In this document: positions 56,086 to 64,000 of the stretch, in pieces
How positions within the stretch are numbered: position 1 is the stretch's first letter
How the letters are laid out: each line of letters opens with the position of its first letter
Assembly: GCA_027923505.1 (NCBI GenBank)
Contig: BROI01000003.1
Span: 186,001-250,000 of the forward strand
Direction of reading: 5' to 3'
DNA: 64,000 nt
From: Mayamaea pseudoterrestris
Taxonomy: Eukaryota
Notes under the pieces: model-generated
What the model saw: the letters and a program-made list of their open reading frames with translations, nothing else
Database searches by the model: none
What the model was told of the DNA's origin: nothing
Translations under genes and position numbers: made by a program

Positions 56086-57396
56086 ATGCCACCGAAACGA
56101 AAGCAAAAGGAGGAAAAAGTTGCTGCCAAGAAGAAAAAGGTGGAAGTAAAAGACGAGGAATCCGATGACGACGATGACGACAACTCGGACGCGGACATGG
56201 AATCAACTTCGGAACGCGCAACTTCCAAAACTAGCACCAAAACGACGACTACTTTGAAAGGCGACGGCACCTTTTACGAAAAGGACGTTCTCATGGGCCG
56301 CGGCAAGCGCGTCTCGGAATGGCCGGGCAACATTTACTTTCGACAGTTGATTGCTTCCAATCGCGAAAAGTATCTAGTGGCACCCCGCCACGAAAAGGTG
56401 ACCATTGCCGATCAAGTGATTGCCCAGATTCACTCCATCGGCGGAAGGTTCTTGAAGGAGCAAGACGACGGACCGGAAGGATGGTACGAGGTGGAACTGG
56501 AGCGCGCCGTGGAAAAGACGTGTCAGGCGCTGCGCGAAAAGGAAAAGACCAAGACGCCAACGGGTGATCCCTTTGCGGATCCGAACAAAAAGACGAGTCT
56601 GATGGATATAACTACTAGTAGCAAGAAGAAGACGAAAAAGACAAAGAAGAAGAAAAAGAAGAGTACTTTGTTTCATAGGGCAACCAGCGACGACTCGTCC
56701 GATGACGACGACGACGAGGACGATGTGGAAGGTGACAGCAACGAGGAGGAAGAATCGGACGCAGATTCAAACAGTTCCGATGGTTCAGTCCAGTCAGAGC
56801 CAGAATCCAAAAAGCGCAAGTCGTTGCCGTCTGCACCAAATACACCAGCATCAAAGGGTGTTGACAAGAAGAAGACCAAGCTTGCTGTCACTGCCGATAA
56901 TTCCAACGTGATTCAGCAGATTCGCTCCTACGACGAGCACGAAATGCTCAAGCGCTTGCACCAGTTCAAAACCAAGTATGGACACTGCGGCGTTCCTCCC
57001 GGCTGGCCGCGCGACGTGCGATTGGCCGACTGGTGCTCGGCGCAGCGTCAGGTGCATCGCGAAACAATGGCAGCAAATATCGGCCAAACGTCTAGTAGCG
57101 ACGCTACTGGTAACGACACTGAATGCTACCGCACACCAAGTCAAGTGGAACACGACTTGATGAAGGAACTGGACGACATGGAGTTTGTGTGGAACTATCA
57201 AGACTGGCACTGGAAGGATCGCTACGAGCAGCTCATGGCGGTGGAGCACGGCGACTTGCTACCAGAAACGGCCGCCTTTACGCGACAAGTATTGGTGAAA
57301 TGGCTGGCCCATGAGCGGGAGCATGTTCGAACGGGTGACACCGTCTTGACGGAGGAGCAAGCGGAGGATTTGAAGCGGGCTGGTATTTGTTTGTAA
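56086..57396 (+). CDS. DUF6824 + helicase-associated (HA) domain nuclear protein
   Basis: DVLMGRG..PGNIYFR..GGRFLK..EKTCQALRE (DUF6824); FKTKYGHCGVP..LADWCSAQR (HA); basic NLS-like and acidic tracts. Confidence 0.85.
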   Translation: MPPKRKQKEEKVAAKKKKVEVKDEESDDDDDDNSDADMESTSERATSKTSTKTTTTLKGDGTFYEKDVLMGRGKRVSEWPGNIYFRQLIASNREKYLVAPRHEKVTIADQVIAQIHSIGGRFLKEQDDGPEGWYEVELERAVEKTCQALREKEKTKTPTGDPFADPNKKTSLMDITTSSKKKTKKTKKKKKKSTLFHRATSDDSSDDDDDEDDVEGDSNEEEESDADSNSSDGSVQSEPESKKRKSLPSAPNTPASKGVDKKKTKLAVTADNSNVIQQIRSYDEHEMLKRLHQFKTKYGHCGVPPGWPRDVRLADWCSAQRQVHRETMAANIGQTSSSDATGNDTECYRTPSQVEHDLMKELDDMEFVWNYQDWHWKDRYEQLMAVEHGDLLPETAAFTRQVLVKWLAHEREHVRTGDTVLTEEQAEDLKRAGICL

Positions 57397-57648
57397 CTGC
57401 TGTAGTCGTTGCGAATGGTTTGCTTGCGACAATTCCTTATTCTAGGTTAAACGAAAATCGATTAAAATAACTCATGTAACTGTATTGTATGTGTTATTGA
57501 ATATTCAAGTATTATCGCGTCGCTTATACAGTATCGGGTTAAGCAAGGGAGCAGCAGCGAAAGCAACTCCGTTGCACACTGACGCACTTGTCTTGCTTCT
57601 TTGATGTACGGGTACGGTAGCCGGATTGAGTTGAGCAATGACTCAATG

Positions 57649-58374
57649 TCAAGAAATTGATCTATTGACAGTGGCGCTAGTTATGAGCGATATTCCTTCC
57701 TCCTCGTCAATGCCAATGCCATGAGGGGCAACTGTAGCTCCACCACCACCAGCCTTGATGGGGAACTTGCCATGCTGAATCTGCCTCGCGACAAAAGTAT
57801 CAGGTCCAATGCTTGTCACGACTGCAAGGGCAGAGCCTTTAATCACTTGTCCGCCCCAGTAGAGTTGCGGCAATGACGTTGGATTTGCGGCGGCAGCTGC
57901 ATGGTTCGTCGCAGCAGTGCCCGTCGCATTGGCGGCTGACACATCATGACGCGTCCAGGATTGTCGGTCCTCTCCCGTCACCTTGCTATGATCTACAATG
58001 AATACTGCATCGTCGTTCTCACTGCTACCATCATGACTGCTGCTAATTGTAGATCCTTCTATCATAACAACTCGACAATCCGCCGGCACAAAGTCCCCAG
58101 CCTCCACTCGAATCAAGTCACCCTCCACCAAACAGGACGCTTCGTATCGCATCCATTTATTGTTTCGTTTGACCTGCGCATCCTCCGGCTGCATGACGGC
58201 AAAGGCTTTGCGCGACGGCAACGTTTTCAAACAAGGAAGCAGGCAGCAAATCCAAGCGGGGCAGCGGCACGGTGGATCAACAATGTTACTGTGTGGTGAG
58301 CGTCGCTCCTGGACTTGCTGGGACGTGAGACCAGTCTTGATGTTGAGTTCGTATCGTTCAATCAAGTCTTGCAT
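57649..58374 (-). CDS. Stand-alone P-type ATPase N-terminal/actuator-domain protein
   Basis: GLTSQQVQERR, LVEGDLIRVEAGDFVPADCRVV, VDHSKVTGE, GSALAVVTSIGPDT; no DKTGT and no TM bundle. Confidence 0.8.
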   Translation of the reverse strand: MQDLIERYELNIKTGLTSQQVQERRSPHSNIVDPPCRCPAWICCLLPCLKTLPSRKAFAVMQPEDAQVKRNNKWMRYEASCLVEGDLIRVEAGDFVPADCRVVMIEGSTISSSHDGSSENDDAVFIVDHSKVTGEDRQSWTRHDVSAANATGTAATNHAAAAANPTSLPQLYWGGQVIKGSALAVVTSIGPDTFVARQIQHGKFPIKAGGGGATVAPHGIGIDEEEGISLITSATVNRSIS

Positions 58375-58676
58375 GGTATGCTTGATGCTGTTTGTAATGT
58401 TAGCATCGCATGACGGAGGGCTCGTTTGTGTTCATGGTGGATCATCGTCGCGGTCAGCGATTGATATGTCGCACCAGTACCAATAAGTAAATGTCGCACC
58501 AGTATCAAAATGAGTCACGAACGGAGCGCGCCATAACGGCCGCCGACACGAATCAGTTTCGTTCGAGACCAAACACAACTGAACAACTTGTTAAGCATTG
58601 TTGCCCTTCAAGAGTTTCAGGACAAGCAAATCAGCTTGACTAGATCGACTACGTTCAAACGAATGTTTGACGAAAC

Positions 58677-60020
58677 ATGACCTTGCCATGCTGCGAACGT
58701 GACAACGAAATTAGTGCCAGCAGCAGCTCCGACGAAACCACCCACAATGCTATCATTATATATTCTCAAGTGTCCAATGGACCAAGAATTGCCGAGAATA
58801 TTGCCGAGAATATGAGCCATTCTGTTGTTGATCAAGGGCGAAGCTGCACTAGCAATCAAAATGATCCGACACTTTCAAACGTCGGTGAAGCAACATCACT
58901 GTCAGCACCTTTACCGGCCATCCATTGGAGAAGAGAAATGTTCGAGTTCATCGAGGAGCTGCTACTTTATACCAAGCATCGAAGCTGGAAGAAGAAACTC
59001 TTGACGCTTTGCATTTTCACTCTGAGTCTGTTGGTCGTGATTGATTTCGTTTGGTTTCACCATGTGAATGAATGGATGACGGACTGCGTCGGATGGCTCT
59101 CGTGGCATCCCGCGCTGGCCGTCGTTTCGTTCCTGCTGCTCTTTATCGCATGCACATTTCTGTTTGTTCCTCCCGCCTTTCTCTTTTTTGGCGCCGGCTA
59201 CGTGTTTTGTAACATGACGACCAACATTGGCTTCGGAATACTTGCCTCCATTGTCGTTTGCTACATGGGAACGTTGCTGGGCGCCATGTTGGCGTTTCAC
59301 CGGGCGCGCTACATGACGAGAGATTTGATTGTACTGTTTGCGAAACGGTTTCCCATTATACGGGCGGCGGATCGTGCGTTACGCGTCAACGGCTTTCGCG
59401 TCATGCTGCTGCTGCGGCTGTGTCCCATTGTTCCCTTTAACGCTCTCAACTATATTGGAGGAATTCTTTCGATATCCGCCACAGACTTTAGCAAGTCACT
59501 CATTGGCATTGTGCCGGTCATGCTGCTTTGGATTTACTGCGGAGCAACCTCGCAAGTGCTGGGCGAGGCGGCGACAAGATTCTCCAATGACAGTGACGAC
59601 GAAGGTGTGCGCGTGTCGTGGATCATTCTGCTTGGCAGCGGCACGGCGTTTGGAGTCATTGCCCTCGTGTTGACCTGGAGATTCGCCATTAAGGAACTTG
59701 GCAAGGAGATTGCCAAGGATTCGGCCGAGAATTGGTTTCGCTACAAGCGACATTGTGACGATGGAGTTGCGGCCAAAGATGGTGTCGACGAAGATGCATG
59801 CAGCAGTGACGACGAGGGTTTTGAAGTGATTGCATCGCATCGCATACTCGAGGTGGAAGAGGAGCAGGATCGAGTCGATGGAGGGACATTCAGAAACGTT
59901 CATCGACGGCGACGATCGGGCATGTTGACTTTGATAGGAATTGATACGCATCGCTTGGACGACCATTATGACCCAGCTGACAATGATCAAGACGAGGAGT
60001 GGTTCTGGTTGTTTGCATAG
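58677..60020 (+). CDS. TVP38/TMEM64 (DedA/VTT, SNARE-associated) membrane protein
   Basis: LFVPPAFLFFGAGYVF, LLLRLCPIVPFNALNY, YCGA. Confidence 0.9.
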   Translation: MTLPCCERDNEISASSSSDETTHNAIIIYSQVSNGPRIAENIAENMSHSVVDQGRSCTSNQNDPTLSNVGEATSLSAPLPAIHWRREMFEFIEELLLYTKHRSWKKKLLTLCIFTLSLLVVIDFVWFHHVNEWMTDCVGWLSWHPALAVVSFLLLFIACTFLFVPPAFLFFGAGYVFCNMTTNIGFGILASIVVCYMGTLLGAMLAFHRARYMTRDLIVLFAKRFPIIRAADRALRVNGFRVMLLLRLCPIVPFNALNYIGGILSISATDFSKSLIGIVPVMLLWIYCGATSQVLGEAATRFSNDSDDEGVRVSWIILLGSGTAFGVIALVLTWRFAIKELGKEIAKDSAENWFRYKRHCDDGVAAKDGVDEDACSSDDEGFEVIASHRILEVEEEQDRVDGGTFRNVHRRRRSGMLTLIGIDTHRLDDHYDPADNDQDEEWFWLFA

Positions 60021-60757
60021 CAACTTTCTTCTCATATTTGCATTAGCTCGGCGCTATGAGCAAAATGTATGGATCTGCTGTACGGAAAGCTGCGTTTGAT
60101 GCCGCACATTCAGCAACCGGCAAACTGCGCTTGAAGCGCGGAGGAGCTGCCGCGGTAAAACTTTGCTGCGAGTCGATATCGGACTGCGTCTGATTCACAA
60201 TGATTTTAAACTCTTGGCGGTGTGCAGACATTGAACGAGCTGGTTGGCTTGAAAAAGCGCAATGGGAGCCGTAGTTGTGGATTCGCGCCGCTATTGTCAG
60301 CCATCGAAACATTGTAAAGAAACGGAGTATTCGCTGTTTCAAAAGCTTGGAAAAAACGCTGTATATGCGGCTGCTGTCAATGTTGCGACCAACATACGGT
60401 TCAAATTCCCCCAAACGAAATTGACTTAGCGCTGCCCAAATGGATCGACAAGTGCGACATCTCATTCTGGTTTGACATAGTCTAAGCATATCACTTGATG
60501 TATATGCTATTGATGTTCGTTTAATCAGTGTTAGAAGTCCTCTATCAAGTTCATGACTCTGTAACAGCGGACTAAATGCCAGCGGTTGCTTTAATTATTT
60601 GGCCGTGCCATGATAGCTGAGTTTGGGAGCAGCTACGTTTCGATTGGCTCGCCGCCTTCGCATCCGGTACTCGTGAGCCAATCGCGGCAAGCGCCGCATG
60701 ATCCTTCGCCGTGCCTCCACCACAAAACGTTTCACCATGACGAGTCAAGTTAAAATC

Positions 60758-61453
60758 ATGAGCTCCTCCCGCCGCATGGTCCGCACCTTGGCCAACCGCG
60801 TGACGGTGGATTGGTAAGTCGGAGAGAGAGTGAAAATGATGAATAAATGAATCAAGAAGAGCGTTAGAGTAAATGTAGCAGCAGCAGCTTGAAGGTGGTA
60901 GATCGCCCGCCTTCATTGGCAGTTTTTGCTCCAGTTAGTTTATCGTTCCTCTTTCACTCATCATTACTATTTTCCAATACATATATTCAGGTCACGCCCC
61001 CAATTTTCCTGCAGCCCCGAAGTCACTTCCAAGTTCAACAAGCTCAAGGCGTGGGTGTCCATGAGCGAGGCCACCTTTGAAAAGTACCAGTCGCCGCCGT
61101 CGTCCATTGACTTTGGAGCGGCCAAGCAGTCGGTCCGCGACCAGGAACTGGTCGACATGCTCGAGTCGTTTTATCAATCGTCCAAACCTCCCGCTGAAAC
61201 ATACGAGGTTCCGAGTGCCGAAATGACCGAGGCGGATGTCAAGATTGACTTTTTGAAGCAGGTCGACGCGTTGAACAAGGAGTTTTTGCCTGTCCTTGAA
61301 GAAGAAATGGAGTTTCAAAAGAATAACCGCACCACCAAAGATACCACCATCTTTGACATGAAGGTCAATTACCCATTGATTCATGAGGAGATTGAAGACG
61401 AGTTGGAGCGACGCGAGTGGTTCAAGGATACTGGAATTGGTGCCAACAAGTAG
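60758..61453 (+). CDS. Mitochondrial ATP synthase subunit d; exons 60758-60813 and 60991-61453
   Basis: VDW|S, PSSIDF, LVDMLESFY, YPLIHEEIEDELERREW resemble ATP5H/ATP7; in-phase GTAAG...CAG intron; alternative in-frame ATG at 60737. Confidence 0.75.
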
Positions 61454-61542
61454 ACTAGCATAAGGCGTAGGGTAGTCTATTAATGAATGCGTTACTCAAC
61501 GTATGGTACATTTAACTTGCGCGCGCTGCAGCGGTATCTCTA

Positions 61543-63606
61543 CTACCAGTCATACATTCCTTCCAATTGCGACTCGTTTTCAGTTTCATGGTTGCGCCTC
61601 GCCTTCCAGAGTAGATTTTGGCGCTCGTGTTTCGAAAGGAACCTGGCTTCGTTCGCCGGGCCAACATACTGGCAGCCAGACGCGCCAGTCTGGATGATGC
61701 ATCGCCACTTGCGATCCAGTTCCGTCAAGTCAAGTCCGTTCGACTCGGGAATGGTCCAGTAGGTAATGGCGCAGGCGGCAAAGCTGGCGTAGCCCGACAG
61801 CAGAAACATGTGCAGCACGCTGACGCGGTGAAACGCAACAGATGCCAACAACGCACCCAGCTTGCCCGAGGCGGCAGCCACACCGTGACAAGTCGTGCGC
61901 ACCTGCGTCGGAAAGATTTCGGCGGGTATCAGGAAGGTTGTGGCGTTTGGTCCAAGCTGACCAAAAAACGATGACCCCAAGTAGAGCGCCACCAGCAGCG
62001 ACGGCGAAAGCGTTTCGTAGGAGAATCCAACACTGACGAATAAGACTCCCGTTAGCAAAAAGCCATATAGTTGCAACCGAAAGCGCCCAATCGCCTCATG
62101 ATCTAGCAACAAGGCCGCTCCAAAATATCCACAGAGCGCCACCAACGAGTTGAGCGTGGCGGCTTGGGCAAACTGCCACAACGACGTTGTTTCTTGGCCC
62201 GTCAGTGCCAATATAAAGGTGCTTTGAAAGAGCTTGTTGCCGTAAAAGGCAACGTCCCACAGCATCCAGCAAAACGACACGCCAAAGAGGCGGACGCCAA
62301 AGTGTTGAAGCAGCAACATGTTGGTGCTAGCTTGCGGTGTTTTGGCGTTGCCATGTTCGGTCTCTTCGTACATTGGCGCTTCATTTAACATGACGTAAGC
62401 ATCATCCACATCATGATCATATCGGACAGCGACGGATGGCGCCGATAGCGAGCTAACGGAGCTCGACGACGGACTCGGTTGCGGCAGCGGCCGGTGATTG
62501 CTGGCATGTTGCTGCAAAAGTATCGCTGGTGCAGCAGCAGCAGCAGACAAGGTTGCGTCGTGATTGTCTTGGTGCTCGTGTCCTCTGGTAGAGCAAATAA
62601 CGTTGGCTGATGCTTGTTGCTCGCCTTGGTGCAGCGTCAATGCTGCCGCCAGCATGTGTTGCTCTCGCTCATCCTTGTCCGTTTGCCAGGCTTGCGACTC
62701 GCTCAAATGTTGACACCGACTCACCAAGACGTACGTCAACACGATTGCACCAATGCCATACATACAGCTCCATATGAATTGGAGGCGCGCCTTGTCGTAG
62801 TTTTCGGCGCCGTTGCTGGTTTGGCCCGTCAGAAGGAGCAGCACCATCATGACGAGCGAGTTGCAAAAAATACCCACGCCCTGCATGCAAAAGACGAGTT
62901 GGACGGCTCGACCGCGGTTCTGCTTTATTGCGTTTTCATTGTTTGGTTTTACTATTCCGTCATGTGTTGATTGCTGGCGCCTCGCTTCGGTTGCTGCAGA
63001 TTGTTGTTCGTTTTCTATGGTTCGCTCCGACGCTGAACTTGCCGAAAGCGGATACTCGCCTCCCACTCCAATGCCAAAGACGAACAAGAGTATTACCATG
63101 CACTGCACTAATTGTTTCGGACGAGATACCAATGATACGCTTGCCAGTGTCAAACCAATCGCACCCGTCGCCATGAGACTCGCCGTGGCAATGGATCCAC
63201 TCCGTCGACCAACGCGATTCGCCAGCAACCCAAAACCAACCATGCCAAACATGACACCAACAATGACACTATACGTCAGTGACTGCACGAGAGTGATGGA
63301 ACATTCGTCATTAGTGTCAAAGCAACTCGGCATGATTTCACTCCACAGCGGCTGCAGCAGCCCCAAGCTAAAGAGCATGTAGGATTCACCAAACAGTCCG
63401 AGACCCGGCCAAGCGCTTTCATTGAGCCAATTTTGAAACAGTAGTGAATATGAGTTTGAGCTGTTGGAGTTGCCATCCATGCTGCTTTGGTGGTAATGGC
63501 AGTTGTTGTCTGGTGCGGCATCATGCTGATGGGCAGCAGCAATTGAGATGGATCGATTATCGCGAGTCAAGCTCTCGTCTGAAGAAATTATATTCGACGC
63601 CATCAT
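61543..63606 (-). CDS. MFS H+/phosphate symporter (PHO84/PHT1-like)
   Basis: GIGVGGEYPLSA, LWDVAFYG, QLGPNATTFLIPAEIFPTQVRTTCHGVAAASGKLGA. Confidence 0.88.
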   Translation of the reverse strand: MMASNIISSDESLTRDNRSISIAAAHQHDAAPDNNCHYHQSSMDGNSNSSNSYSLLFQNWLNESAWPGLGLFGESYMLFSLGLLQPLWSEIMPSCFDTNDECSITLVQSLTYSVIVGVMFGMVGFGLLANRVGRRSGSIATASLMATGAIGLTLASVSLVSRPKQLVQCMVILLFVFGIGVGGEYPLSASSASERTIENEQQSAATEARRQQSTHDGIVKPNNENAIKQNRGRAVQLVFCMQGVGIFCNSLVMMVLLLLTGQTSNGAENYDKARLQFIWSCMYGIGAIVLTYVLVSRCQHLSESQAWQTDKDEREQHMLAAALTLHQGEQQASANVICSTRGHEHQDNHDATLSAAAAAPAILLQQHASNHRPLPQPSPSSSSVSSLSAPSVAVRYDHDVDDAYVMLNEAPMYEETEHGNAKTPQASTNMLLLQHFGVRLFGVSFCWMLWDVAFYGNKLFQSTFILALTGQETTSLWQFAQAATLNSLVALCGYFGAALLLDHEAIGRFRLQLYGFLLTGVLFVSVGFSYETLSPSLLVALYLGSSFFGQLGPNATTFLIPAEIFPTQVRTTCHGVAAASGKLGALLASVAFHRVSVLHMFLLSGYASFAACAITYWTIPESNGLDLTELDRKWRCIIQTGASGCQYVGPANEARFLSKHERQNLLWKARRNHETENESQLEGMYDW

Positions 63607-64000
63607 ATCCTACGATGAAATGGCTGTGAGTAAACAGAGTCTTGACAATGTATACGCTGCGTCCGTCGTTCTTTTGTAGGCCATGGTCGACATTGGCGAT
63701 TGTCTTGCCTTACACGTCTCACTGGCAACTTGACTGTTAGTTTTCATTCCCGCTTACATTCAGCTACCTGCTTGAGCAAATGACTTGGCTCGGGCAGGGC
63801 ATTGTAGAGTACATCCACAGTGGGTTGTAAATAAGCAGATAAAGTTCACATTTACTTTTTTAGATTTTGTGTCAGTAGCCTGGCAAGGGTAAGCCAACTG
63901 CAAACTCATCCCATTTGCTTACAGGCAATGCGCGTTGCGCCGCTTTTAGCACTGCTGCTCCTGCGTTTTGTGCTATCCTAGCAGGTTGCTTCGTACACAC

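Noticed and set aside
60043..60489. 148-aa minus-strand ORF between TVP38 and ATP synthase d
   Set aside because: No recognisable motif or coding-like composition; probably spurious

Overview
Gene-dense eukaryotic nuclear DNA, most likely from a diatom: short GT-AG introns, an FCP/LHC gene with a bipartite ASAFAP plastid signal, and diatom-typical DUF6824 and LRR membrane-protein genes. About 36 protein genes can be supported, most of them housekeeping (copine, CPI1, SLC38, TBCC, PDH E2, serine acetyltransferase, LHC, SFT2, M50 protease, ATP synthase d, PHO84-type transporter). The most notable items are: (1) a ~12 kb island (22.2-34.2 kb) of six LEA/hydrophilin-like helical genes, two with signal peptides, sharing a candidate upstream motif and surrounding a bacterial-type D-lactate dehydrogenase and an SH3BGR-domain gene; (2) a small secreted His/Ser/Lys-rich silaffin-like precursor with SKGSK repeats and three RXL sites; (3) a stand-alone P-type ATPase actuator-domain protein whose M1-M2 helices are replaced by a Cys-rich segment; (4) a vWA/alpha-kinase gene with a frameshifted 5' part; (5) a spaced ~50 bp repeat array in a divergent promoter. 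No rRNA, tRNA, transposase or cas gene was recognised. All family calls come from motif recognition by eye; no database search was run.
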